Source: Schmidtea nova
Lineage: Eukaryota
DNA: 64,000 nt
Direction: 5' to 3'
Assembly (NCBI GenBank): GCA_044892505.1
Contig: CM097883.1
Location: 42,346,001 to 42,410,000 of the forward strand
Under the pieces are notes generated by a model. The model was given only the letters and a program-made list of their open reading frames with translations. It had not been told where the DNA came from and made no database searches. This document shows, in pieces, positions 25,961-36,769 of the stretch; positions within the stretch are counted from its first letter, which is position 1; every line of letters starts with the position of its first letter. Made by a program: the position numbers and the translations under genes.

Positions 25961-27186
25961 TGTTGGATGATCGAGGGAAGCCCATCCAAGCATTTACCCT
26001 GAACAAATATTACAGGACAGGGCCTAATCGATACATGGTTAATATATATGCAGAAACCCAGTCCGAAAATAATGCAGACTCCATCTTCAATCGCCTCAAA
26101 TAATCACCCTTCTTCAATCAAAGCTAACAGAGCCTAAAATAATCACCCTTCTTCAATCAAAGCTAACAGAGCCTAAAATAATCACCCTTCTTCAATCAAA
26201 GCCAACAAAGCCTCAAATAATCACTATATGACTATGTTTATGTGATCACAACTTTATTATCTAATATACTTTTAAATTTTGTATATGAGTGTCATTATTC
26301 TGTATTTGAAGTGTATATAATTATTCTGTACTTGAATTTCATAATTATTCCGTATATTATCATTTGAATTTTATGTATATTTGTGTAAAAATCTATAAGG
26401 TAATATATCTGTATATGACAGTGCATGAGATGTGAAGTAATAATATATTAAAAAGGGCAAATTGTAGATAATAAATTTTTAATAAAAAATAATAATTTTA
26501 GATAATAATATATTAAAAAGGGCAAATTGTAGATAATAAATTTTAGATATTTATTTAATAAAAAAATAATAATTTTAGATAACGACAAATTGTAAAACGA
26601 CAAGATGTAAATTCTAGATATTATTCTAGATATTGAGCCAGATAAAATAAACAAAATCCGGTTAAAAAGACCGATTGAAATATAAATATTTTAAATAAAT
26701 ATAATTATATGATGGTTAAAAAGACCGATTGAAATATAAATATTTTAATATAATGATTGTCGAACAAGATAAAAATTTACTATATAAGCTGATGGAAAAA
26801 TCAGAAAAAAGGCCCAAAAAATTTCATAGCTTTAAAATCTAATTTTAAACTAAAGAATTAAAATCTGCGCAATATCGAGTTTTCAAGGAAATCTTGAAAA
26901 ACTTATTAAAACCCGGATCAGAAACATTGGATCCACAAATAAAATATAGCACGCACTACATAGCAGTCACCCAATAGGTTCAATTACAAGAATTGATTTG
27001 ACACGACTTTTTCTTTTTTAAAAAAATTGTGTAATAAAGAATTTGAGTTATTAATTGTAAACGGAATAAAAAGTAATTTTATTGTATTAATAAAATTTTG
27101 AAACAAACTTTGTTTTTGATATTTATATACGAATCACCCCAATAACGAGTTGAGATTGCAAATAGCAAATATTTGGAACCTCAACA
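25961..27186 (+). repeat. 5' LTR
   Basis: Matches 38727-39952 (one mismatch seen by eye, 27120 T vs 39886 C); internal 38-bp x3 repeat at ~26098-26222; AATAAA at ~27064. Confidence 0.97.
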
Positions 27187-27188
27187 TT

Positions 27189-27206
27189 TGGTGCCGCGAA
27201 CCGGGA
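27189..27206 (+). promoter_or_regulatory. Primer-binding site TGGTGCCGCGAACCGGGA, probably tRNA-Phe
   Basis: 2 nt after the LTR; has the shape TGG-T-acceptor stem-T arm of metazoan tRNA-Phe (15/18 match to TGGTGCCGAAACCCGGGA). Confidence 0.7.
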
Positions 27207-27435
27207 CAATAAAATATCATAATATCAATTGGGGGATAGGAATTGCGATCAGAGGGATATTGTAATATATATCGGGAAAATATATTTATATAAATATTAT
27301 TGACCAAAACAGAAATTCGAAAATATACAAACATATAAGGTTAACAATAACAAAATAGGTAAAAAGATAAAGAAAGTTATTATAGATAAGCCACCTGAAA
27401 TATTACACAAGTTAAGAAATAAGGTAATATACAAA

Positions 27436-30400
27436 ATGAGTAATAATAGTACAGGCAGCAATAATAGTGGAAGTAACTGCAATACAGACAACATCAACAG
27501 TAATCATAATTTTATAAAAACACTACCAATAGAATCATATAAAGGAGACCCTGAAAAGTTCGACGACTTTTTTGTCGAAATCGCACAATATGCAGAGGCT
27601 TGCGGATGGAAAACAAATGAATTAAAACAACGAATTCCATTATATTTAAAAGGATATGCATTACAAGCATACAATAATTTAGCATGTAAAGGCATTAATT
27701 ATCAAGAGTTAGTTACAAACCTTAGAAAAGAAATAGTAATAGATAGAGACTTACAAAAAATAAATGTTCAAAAATTTAGAAGTAGATACCAAGGAGCAAG
27801 AGAATCAGTAGGTGAATATATATACACGATAACAGAATTAGCAAAAAAGGCATTTGGTGCAGAAGATCACACTAGTAGGTTAATCGAGGATCAGTTTTGG
27901 AACGGAATCCAAAAATATTTATACAAAGCATTAATTACGATTGAATATGAAGACTTAAATGAATTAGTACAAAAAGCAAAACGCATCGAAGCAATACAAA
28001 GAGATCGATTTAGACCAGAGATAGACGCTGTAGAAATTGAAAAGCAACTTGAGGTAAAACCTGAGTTGAAAAATAAAGATGATAGTATCCCTTGGGAAGA
28101 AATGAAACAATTATATTTGAATTTTGTTAATAATAGAAGAAAATTTAGTCCTAATAGAAGCCAATCACCTGAAAACAAGGGAAGGTTTAACAGTTCAGGA
28201 AATAAAAATTTTGATAATAGAAATAGAGATAATTTTAAAGATAACTATAAAGGGAATAATAATAGAGATAGTTTTAGAGACAATCGTTCTGGTTATAACA
28301 GTTACAGTGGATATAATAGAAATAATAGAGATAGTCGCTTCGAATATAATAGAAGAGATAATAGATATAGAGATAATTCGAGAAATAGACAAGATAGCCC
28401 AGTGAGGCGAAATAATAATGAGGGTAGGGATAAAGTGAATTTTAATGGACAAATAAAATGTTACAATTGCCAAAAGTATGGTCACCTAGCAAAGGTATGT
28501 AATAAACCACGAGCAGATTCACCGATAAGAGTAAGATTTAAAAATGAGCCTGAGATAAAGCAGGTAAATAGCGCTGAGCTTGAATCAGCAAATAACGAAA
28601 TAAACATATTAAGAGAAGAATTAAAAGAATTTAAAACGCAATATGGAAGACTTATTGAGAGAAAGCTTGAAATGTCTATAAATGAATTTAGTACTTTTAC
28701 AAATGAAGTAGATATCGATAATGATGAGTTAAAAGAAATTAGAGAAGCAGATGAAATATTTCTCACAGAAGAAAATAAACAAAAAGAATTGATAGAAGAA
28801 TTTAAAGAGATATTGTATAAACAACCATTTGATGATAACGAAACACTGAGAATAATCAATAAAATACAAGTCAATGGGATTGAATTAGACAAGCTTAGAA
28901 ATTTGATACCAATGATGGTAAAGAGGCAAAATATAACGAAAATATTTGAATTAGAAATAGAAATAAAAGAGATGTTAAAATGTTATGGAGAATATATAAG
29001 AAAAAATGAAAGACTGCATGAAACACTAAAGGTAACGATTGAATCAAACGATAACTACTTTTCCAGAAACAAACAAAGGGTACATCCTTGCACTAAAGTG
29101 AGCAAATTAAAACGAATGGTAAGAGCCAAATGGCCAGGAACCATAGGAGAGAAAGATGTAATAAAATTATATTTTAACGGAATAGAATTATTGAGTGACG
29201 AGTATTTAATCGATTATGGGATAAACCCAGTAAGTGATAATATTGTGGTAGCCACAATAGAAAAACGAATGGTCGATGAGATAGTGACGCCAGTACCGTC
29301 GGTTGAATTGAGTATAAATGAAGAAAACGATTTTGATAGATTATTTAGGCTATGGGATAAATCACCTAGCGAAACAAAGAAATCAGCAAGGGATGAAGAA
29401 ATTATATTTAAACCTATAGATAAAAAATATAGTAACTTACAAGAAACAATAGAAAGAATAGCTGACGAAGCAAAAACAAAAGATGCAGAAACATCAAAAC
29501 GAGGTAGAGGAAGACCTCGAAAATCAGAAATAATAGAAAAATCGGACAATAGAAAAACAGCGGAACGATTAAAAGAAATCGCAAACAAACAAAGACATGA
29601 AACACTAGAATACCAAGATGACAACAACGACATAAATAAAATAAAAGAAATAATAAAAGTCATGAATATTAAGCTATTTCCAGAAACAAGACCAACGGTA
29701 CTCATAGAAAACATAACAGAAAAAATGAAACTAATTAAAAAAGATACCAAAAGACTAGCCACAGAAGAAGCAGATGAAAAAACAGTATTAAAGATCCTGT
29801 TTAATACAGGGATAGATAAAGATAGAATAATAACGGCCATGGCATACTTGGCTGCAAGATACAAAAAAATTATAAAGGAAAATCTAAAAGGACAATTAGA
29901 CAACGTGGTAACGATGATGTATAAAAAATTGAAGGTAGAAGCAATACCCTGGATAAAAATGAAAGGAGGATGGAAAATATTATATGATGAGGATACGACA
30001 AACAAAGAAAGTGATACAGATAAAGTAATAAAACAATTAATAGAGAAAACAACAATAAAACCAAAAACAGAAAACAAATCGATAACCTCCACAGTAATAG
30101 TAATAATAACATTATTATTAGATTTAATTAAGGGTAGCAATGCAATAATAGCATATGATTGTCAAAACCCAAAATGGGGACAAAAATATTCATTGTTGGA
30201 TGTCGAAAATTGCCCAGAAGCAAATCCAACTAAATTAATCATGTCAGAGCCTCAAATGTTTCATGTTTATCAAGAATCAGATTTTATTCATACGGAAGCT
30301 AAAGAGTGCATCATAAAGTATCAGGAGGAAGCATATATATGCCATGCTGGGGCAAGAACAGTTTTAAAACCCACATGGACACCAGAAGCAGTAATATTAT

Positions 30401-30840
30401 CACCAATGGAGTGTGAGGAGGCATTTAAAACAAAGAAAGCTAAATATAGCGGTCACAAAGGAATCGAGCTAGAAGCAAGAATAGGAGCAAAGATGAGACA
30501 GGACGTAAATATTGTAGGATGGACATCAAAAGGGGGTTATTGTGAAGGAGGAGAGTATACCGTATGGGGTGAAAAACTCAGTAATGTTGTAGTAAGAAGG
30601 CACTACATGGTAGAACTAAGAAAATTCAAGGCATCATTTGACAGCAGCTCAAAGAAAATGATGATATACAAATTTTGTACATTAGAAGAATCATATTGCG
30701 ATACAGGAGAATCAATGCTAATATATAAAATAGATAAATACGATTGCCAATTAACAAAATTAAAATCATTAAAATTTAGAGAGATCAAAGGGAAACAGTT
30801 CACAGATGTAGACTCAAAAAGAGTGAGAGATCAAAAATGA
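27436..30840 (+). CDS. Polyprotein part 1 (1134 aa): Gag capsid, CCHC knuckle, ubiquitin-like domain, AT-hook, signal peptide, N-terminal half of fusion glycoprotein
   Basis: Retrotransposon Gag motifs (PLYLKGYA, RYQGARESVGEY), CYNCQKYGHLAKVC (28459-28500), RGRGRPRK, hydrophobic VIVIITLLLDLIKGSNA followed by IIAYDC...YSLLDVENC. Confidence 0.9.
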   Translation: MSNNSTGSNNSGSNCNTDNINSNHNFIKTLPIESYKGDPEKFDDFFVEIAQYAEACGWKTNELKQRIPLYLKGYALQAYNNLACKGINYQELVTNLRKEIVIDRDLQKINVQKFRSRYQGARESVGEYIYTITELAKKAFGAEDHTSRLIEDQFWNGIQKYLYKALITIEYEDLNELVQKAKRIEAIQRDRFRPEIDAVEIEKQLEVKPELKNKDDSIPWEEMKQLYLNFVNNRRKFSPNRSQSPENKGRFNSSGNKNFDNRNRDNFKDNYKGNNNRDSFRDNRSGYNSYSGYNRNNRDSRFEYNRRDNRYRDNSRNRQDSPVRRNNNEGRDKVNFNGQIKCYNCQKYGHLAKVCNKPRADSPIRVRFKNEPEIKQVNSAELESANNEINILREELKEFKTQYGRLIERKLEMSINEFSTFTNEVDIDNDELKEIREADEIFLTEENKQKELIEEFKEILYKQPFDDNETLRIINKIQVNGIELDKLRNLIPMMVKRQNITKIFELEIEIKEMLKCYGEYIRKNERLHETLKVTIESNDNYFSRNKQRVHPCTKVSKLKRMVRAKWPGTIGEKDVIKLYFNGIELLSDEYLIDYGINPVSDNIVVATIEKRMVDEIVTPVPSVELSINEENDFDRLFRLWDKSPSETKKSARDEEIIFKPIDKKYSNLQETIERIADEAKTKDAETSKRGRGRPRKSEIIEKSDNRKTAERLKEIANKQRHETLEYQDDNNDINKIKEIIKVMNIKLFPETRPTVLIENITEKMKLIKKDTKRLATEEADEKTVLKILFNTGIDKDRIITAMAYLAARYKKIIKENLKGQLDNVVTMMYKKLKVEAIPWIKMKGGWKILYDEDTTNKESDTDKVIKQLIEKTTIKPKTENKSITSTVIVIITLLLDLIKGSNAIIAYDCQNPKWGQKYSLLDVENCPEANPTKLIMSEPQMFHVYQESDFIHTEAKECIIKYQEEAYICHAGARTVLKPTWTPEAVILSPMECEEAFKTKKAKYSGHKGIELEARIGAKMRQDVNIVGWTSKGGYCEGGEYTVWGEKLSNVVVRRHYMVELRKFKASFDSSSKKMMIYKFCTLEESYCDTGESMLIYKIDKYDCQLTKLKSLKFREIKGKQFTDVDSKRVRDQK

Positions 30841-30882
30841 AAAACAACAATTGTACAAGAAAAAGATACACCAACAATATAT

Positions 30883-33800
30883 ATGTCAGAATCTGAAAAC
30901 GAAGCAATGAGGTTCGTTAGAAAAAGGAAAAGTGTAAAATGTGGTAAGGAAATAATACAAACTAATTATGAAGGGATATACATAAGTAGAGAAGAAGTCA
31001 AAGATGCAAAACAAAAAGTAAATAAATTCGACGTCAAACTCGCATCATATTTCAACAATAAAATAGATTTTTTCTATCATAATCAACTATTGCAATTAGA
31101 TAAAGTATATCAATCAACAATCATGAGCGATTGCAAACTCAACAGAGAAATATTAAGGACAAAAATGGCAGTCGCGGTAACAAACCCAGATTTGATGGCA
31201 CCAATAATCTTCTCAGAAGAAGGAACATTTGCCAGGATAGTAGGAGAAGTGATACAGACATTTCAATGCAAACCTGTTAGTGTATCATTGGCAACAAACA
31301 ATCAGTGCACAAATGAGTTACCAGTAATATACAAAGGAGAAAGGGTATACCTTCAACCAATTACTAGAATACTAACAGAAAAAACATATGTACCAAGAAA
31401 AATAGAAAAATGCACTAATTTATTAGATCCATTATACAAAATAAATGACGAAATGTGGATATCTATGTCAGATAGGAAAGAGGCGATGAAACCACTCAAA
31501 TTAGAACTCATAGAGCTTGAAAAAAGATTGGAGTTTAAAGAAATCAACGATATGGATAGCAATGGCATATATACGAGAGAAGCTATAGAAAGTGCAAGAA
31601 AACACATGTTATTCCCAAACGAAAAAGAAAGAATACTGTCAATAATGGTAAACAAAGTTATCGAAGGAAGTTACGGAGGAAATTACAATTTTGACGTGTT
31701 GTTATCAAAAGAATATTTCAAAAAAGTAGCATATAAAGTATTATATAGTATATGGGGATATTTTGCAGTCCTTGGAAACATGTTCTCTACAATTTTGGGA
31801 ATTTACTATACGGTTGCTTTACTAAAAATGGTTTGTTCTTCTTTAGTATCACTACGACAGCTGAAACAAGTATTCGGAAATTCATATAAATTACTAGCAT
31901 GTTTATTCCCGTTTGTAGCCAAATACCTGATTACGGCAAAACATGATAAAGAAATACGTTTAATAAAAATCCAAAGGAATGAAGAAAGGCAAATATTGAT
32001 AGATGATGAAAACAATGAGGAAATAGTTAAAACGCATATATCACATGAAGGAAATGCACCACAACAAGGACTATACAAAAACCAAAGAGAACAATTAAAA
32101 GAGTTACAAGAAAATATAGAGATTAAAATTCCTAGAGAAAGTAAGAATTGTTACTGTGAACCCAAAAAAATATATGGTTGTTATAGCTTGGAAGTCGAAA
32201 TGATGGAGCAATTAGAGACAGCAAACGAAGCAAGGCCAAGACTTAAAATAATTATAAACAATATAATCATAAATGCACTAGTAGATACTGGAGCAGCAAC
32301 GTCCCTGATTAGGGAAGATCAACTTACAGATGGTCAAAAGAGAAATATTATGAAAACAATGGATAAAGTAGTAACACTATCAGCACACTACATTCCACTA
32401 AAAGGAGATATTGAATTAGTAGTTGAAACATCAGAACAAGTAATACACCACATATTTAAAGTAGTACAAGAATGCAATAGCATATGTATACTAGGGATCG
32501 ATATACTCAACAAGCTGAATAACTGCATCATAGACTTAACGGATAACACGATTAAAAGAAAAGCTATCAAACATAAGTCCAAGTTCACGGAAGTTGTTGC
32601 ATTAGAAGCATTCGAATTAGAATATGAGTGTGATCATATAATCCCCATAAAAGTTAACGTCAAAAGTGAGGACACTTTTATTTTCGAGCCAGAAACGGCA
32701 ATTACACAAAATATAATGTTAACTAATGAATGCGTAATTCCAAAAAAGGGAATAATCCCATTAAGAATAGCGAATTATGAAAAAAGTAATATAAAAATAC
32801 ACAAAGGCACAAAATTGGGAAAACTATTCAAAGGCAAATTTGAGAAAACGTATGAAGTCAGCGAGACAAGTGTGATAAATGATAACGGCAAAAGAGTGGT
32901 CGAACCTAGTAAGACAAATAGTATAAAATCATACGACAAAGTGAAAATCAATAATAAATACCTAACAATAACACAACAAGCACAATTACAGACACTAATA
33001 GATGAATACAGCGATGTTTTTGCAAAACATGAATTTGATTTAGGAGATACTGACATAATCAAACATGTAATAGATACGGGCAATGCAAGACCAATAAAAC
33101 AAAGACCATATAGCGTACCATATAAACTAAGAGAAGAGATAAAGCGACAAATTAAAGAATTAAAAGACGCAGGTGTAATAAAACAAAGTTTTTCACAGTG
33201 GGCATCACCCATTGTACCCGTCAAAAAGAAAGACGGAGAAATAAGAATGTGCATTGACTATCGTAAATTAAATGATGTAACAGTAAAAGATTCATATCCA
33301 TTCCCAAAAGCACAAGAGCAATATGATAAACTTAGGGATGCTAAGTATTTTTCAGTCATTGATGCGAATAAGGGGTATATGCAAATTCAAATGGAAGAAG
33401 GGGATGCAGAGAAAACAGCATTTGTTATTGAGGATGGTTTATATGAGTACACACGATTACCCTTCGGATTAACTAATGCGCCAGCCACATTTCAACGTCT
33501 AATGAACACAATATTAGTAAATGTACAACACTGCGCAGTTTACATGGATGACATATTAATATCATCAATGACATTCGAGGAACATCTAAAAGATATAACA
33601 AACGTACTTGAGAGACTAAGAAAAGCAAGGATAAAAATTAAACCAACCAAATGTAAATGGGCAGAGTCTTCGGCACTATTTTTAGGGCATATAGTCACAG
33701 TAGAAGGGATAAAACCAAATCCAGAAAATATAGAAGTTGTAAAGAAATTCCCAATACCAAAAACAGTACAACAAGTACAAGGGTTTTTAGGTTTAACAGG

Positions 33801-36480
33801 ATACTATCGTAAATTCATACAAGATTATGCAAAGATAGCAACACCTATAATAGAACTAACAAAGGGAATTAAAACAAAAGGAGAATGCAAAGACGTGTTA
33901 ATAGTACAAGAAATTAACAATAAAGTTAACAAGATACAAAAGAAATGGACAAAAGAACATCAAGAAGCATTCGACAAACTAAAAGAAAGATTGATAACAG
34001 CATCAGTGTTAAGATACCCAAATTTCGAAAAACAATTTATAGTAATGACGGATGCCAGAGGGAAAGCCGTAGGAGCAGTATTGGGCCAAGAAGAAGAGAA
34101 AGGGAAAGATTACGTAATAGCATATGCCAGTAAAACATTAAAAGGAGCACAGCTGAGGTATTCAACAATAGAAAAAGAATGTTACGCAATAGTATTTGCC
34201 CTAAAACAATTCAAACCATACATCTACGGAACTGAAGTGATAATAAGAACAGACCATAAACCATTAGAAGGCTTATGGAAACATAAAGATACATCAAGTA
34301 GATTACTTAAATGGGCAATGAAAATACAAGACATGCACCTAAAAATTATATATAAACCAGGTAGAATAAATAAAAACGCAGATGCACTATCAAGAATACC
34401 AGAATTAGGAGCACTTGAAATATTTGCACTAGTAGCAGAAAAGCCAATAGATATATATGAGGAACAGATGAAAGACCCAGAGATCAATAAAATAAGGAAT
34501 GAAATCAGAAAAGAAAACAATTCAAAATATCAAATATCAAAGAAATTAGTAGTAATAGAAGATTTCAACGGTAAGCAATTAATAGTAGTACCTCAGAAAT
34601 TAAGACAAATACTCCTACTACAATATCACGATGGAGCATTAGGAGGTCACTTATCATCTAGAAAGACAGCAAGTAGATTATTACAAAAATATTACTGGGA
34701 AGAATTAAAGAAAGATGTTAAGAGATGGTGTAACGCGTGTACAATATGTGCAACAAGAAAAAATACAGGTACAAAAACAAAAGCGCCGTTACACCCCATT
34801 CCAGCAACAACATCACCAATGGAACTATGTGCAATGGATTTTCTATGTAAATTACCTACTACAATTAATGGGAATAAACATATACTAGTATTTAGTGATT
34901 ATTTTACTAGATGGGCAGAAGCATTTCCAACAAAAGACGAAACAGCAGAAACAGTTGCTAAATTGCTTATAGAAAAAATTATTTTCAAGATAGGCACACC
35001 CAAAAGATTATTAACAGATAAAGGAACAAATTTTACTAGTGAATTAATAAAACGAGTAGCTAATATTTTTAACATGCAAAAGATCAACACAACAGCGTAT
35101 CACCCTCAAACTGATGGACTAGTAGAAAGATTTAATGGGACATTACTAAGCAGACTAGCTGTTTTTGTAGGAAAAAATCAAAATGATTGGGACGAATACA
35201 TAAGTCAATGCACATACATTCATAATATCACTCCAAACGAAACAACAGGGTATTCGCCGTATTATTTAATGTTTTTAAGAGAACCAGCAACACCAATAGA
35301 TACAATATTTGAACCTCGAGTATCACAATATTTAGATGCACCAGATTATGTCACACTAATGCAGGAAAAACTGCAAGAAGTGTATAAAGTAGCCAATCTA
35401 AAAGTCAAATATAGACAAGAACAATACAAAGCCGACTACGACAAAAATAGTAAACCACACAACTTTAAAGTAGGCGATAAGGTTAGACTTATGTCACCAC
35501 AAGTAGGAAAGGGAAAGACAACAAAATTAGCAAGACCATATAAAGGTCCATATGAAGTAGTAAAAGTAATAAATGAGAATTTACATTTACAAAAGCATAA
35601 AAACGAGGATCCAATAGTAGTACATGTCAACAGATGCAAGTTGGCGGAAGCCGAGGTCACGATAGATAAACCTCACAAGTATAATCTAAGATCTCATAAC
35701 AAACTAATAATATCGGCTATCTTCTTAACAATCATAACAATTGTTGGCTCAACCAAAACAATAGAATTCGACAGAGTATTAATAAAAATATCAACAAACG
35801 AAGTTAGAGCATTTATCATAAATAGAGGAGTAATTGATTTATACATGCAAACAACGAATGGGAAAAACCCAAAGATGATAAAAGGAAAGGACGACAGAAC
35901 AACCAACGAAATCGAAAGAGGAAACTATATTAATTTCACAAAACTAACACCTAATACAATATATAGAATCTGCATACAGAGAAACACAGATACAACAACA
36001 TGGAGATGCAAAAAGATAAAAACAGAACAATTACCCAAGGATATAATAAAAAATCAAAACATAACACCCGATAGAATAAAAAGCACAACAACGAAATCAA
36101 ATAATAGACTAAATACCACACTACATACAAACGAAATACCAACAAGCACTGGAATAGCCAAACTCCAAAAACAATACAATGCCAAAAAACAAAAACAAGA
36201 ACCTATCAAAATAAGGCAAGGAAGACCAATAGTGATACATAACTTAGAGGAACTACAAGCATTTCGTAAAAAAGATAAAAATCCACATTGGCCTTTTTAT
36301 GTCATCACAACATCAATAATAGCATTAGCAGTTTTAGCTTTAATAACTAGCGTACAAATTTATAAAAAGTACAAATGGAAAAGGCAGCGGTATCGGAGCC
36401 AACTGGTCAGAAATGTACCAGGGCATTTCCATTTGGATAAATATATACCAGGTGAATATTCGAGGTCCACATTGGTATAA
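30883..36480 (+). CDS. Polyprotein part 2 (1865 aa, same frame as part 1): glycoprotein C-terminal half with TMs, PR, RT, RNase H, IN, FN3-like/TM module
   Basis: GEVIQTFQC..V.V...C.NELPV...LQPITRIL glycoprotein motifs; DTG 32284; YMDD 33541; TDA/EKEC/RTDHKPL; HHCC, MDF, TD.GTNF, ERFN, GPY; C-terminal signal peptide, FN3-like domain and TM. Confidence 0.93.
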   Translation: MSESENEAMRFVRKRKSVKCGKEIIQTNYEGIYISREEVKDAKQKVNKFDVKLASYFNNKIDFFYHNQLLQLDKVYQSTIMSDCKLNREILRTKMAVAVTNPDLMAPIIFSEEGTFARIVGEVIQTFQCKPVSVSLATNNQCTNELPVIYKGERVYLQPITRILTEKTYVPRKIEKCTNLLDPLYKINDEMWISMSDRKEAMKPLKLELIELEKRLEFKEINDMDSNGIYTREAIESARKHMLFPNEKERILSIMVNKVIEGSYGGNYNFDVLLSKEYFKKVAYKVLYSIWGYFAVLGNMFSTILGIYYTVALLKMVCSSLVSLRQLKQVFGNSYKLLACLFPFVAKYLITAKHDKEIRLIKIQRNEERQILIDDENNEEIVKTHISHEGNAPQQGLYKNQREQLKELQENIEIKIPRESKNCYCEPKKIYGCYSLEVEMMEQLETANEARPRLKIIINNIIINALVDTGAATSLIREDQLTDGQKRNIMKTMDKVVTLSAHYIPLKGDIELVVETSEQVIHHIFKVVQECNSICILGIDILNKLNNCIIDLTDNTIKRKAIKHKSKFTEVVALEAFELEYECDHIIPIKVNVKSEDTFIFEPETAITQNIMLTNECVIPKKGIIPLRIANYEKSNIKIHKGTKLGKLFKGKFEKTYEVSETSVINDNGKRVVEPSKTNSIKSYDKVKINNKYLTITQQAQLQTLIDEYSDVFAKHEFDLGDTDIIKHVIDTGNARPIKQRPYSVPYKLREEIKRQIKELKDAGVIKQSFSQWASPIVPVKKKDGEIRMCIDYRKLNDVTVKDSYPFPKAQEQYDKLRDAKYFSVIDANKGYMQIQMEEGDAEKTAFVIEDGLYEYTRLPFGLTNAPATFQRLMNTILVNVQHCAVYMDDILISSMTFEEHLKDITNVLERLRKARIKIKPTKCKWAESSALFLGHIVTVEGIKPNPENIEVVKKFPIPKTVQQVQGFLGLTGYYRKFIQDYAKIATPIIELTKGIKTKGECKDVLIVQEINNKVNKIQKKWTKEHQEAFDKLKERLITASVLRYPNFEKQFIVMTDARGKAVGAVLGQEEEKGKDYVIAYASKTLKGAQLRYSTIEKECYAIVFALKQFKPYIYGTEVIIRTDHKPLEGLWKHKDTSSRLLKWAMKIQDMHLKIIYKPGRINKNADALSRIPELGALEIFALVAEKPIDIYEEQMKDPEINKIRNEIRKENNSKYQISKKLVVIEDFNGKQLIVVPQKLRQILLLQYHDGALGGHLSSRKTASRLLQKYYWEELKKDVKRWCNACTICATRKNTGTKTKAPLHPIPATTSPMELCAMDFLCKLPTTINGNKHILVFSDYFTRWAEAFPTKDETAETVAKLLIEKIIFKIGTPKRLLTDKGTNFTSELIKRVANIFNMQKINTTAYHPQTDGLVERFNGTLLSRLAVFVGKNQNDWDEYISQCTYIHNITPNETTGYSPYYLMFLREPATPIDTIFEPRVSQYLDAPDYVTLMQEKLQEVYKVANLKVKYRQEQYKADYDKNSKPHNFKVGDKVRLMSPQVGKGKTTKLARPYKGPYEVVKVINENLHLQKHKNEDPIVVHVNRCKLAEAEVTIDKPHKYNLRSHNKLIISAIFLTIITIVGSTKTIEFDRVLIKISTNEVRAFIINRGVIDLYMQTTNGKNPKMIKGKDDRTTNEIERGNYINFTKLTPNTIYRICIQRNTDTTTWRCKKIKTEQLPKDIIKNQNITPDRIKSTTTKSNNRLNTTLHTNEIPTSTGIAKLQKQYNAKKQKQEPIKIRQGRPIVIHNLEELQAFRKKDKNPHWPFYVITTSIIALAVLALITSVQIYKKYKWKRQRYRSQLVRNVPGHFHLDKYIPGEYSRSTLV

Positions 36481-36769
36481 GTTAAATTGGTCAATAATAT
36501 ATATTAAAATCACATATATCTGTATCTATAAAATAGCGTATAAGGTTAAACCTGAAATACGCTCTCAACATAAAAATTTACATTTTATTTTTAGAAAAAC
36601 AAGTCACCCATTTGACAAACAACCCAATAAAGCCAGTTTTACATCAAATCCTCAGCACAATCAAAACAATAAAACCAACTCCCAATCAAATCGTTCCAAT
36701 TTTCAATCCAATCACAAATCAAGTCGTAAAATCATATCTCGATCTCATTATCAATCTATATTCTTAGTG

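Noticed and set aside
25921-26103. 60-aa ORF at the 5' LTR
   Set aside because: Simply the LTR copy of the ORF3 C-terminus joined to flanking DNA.
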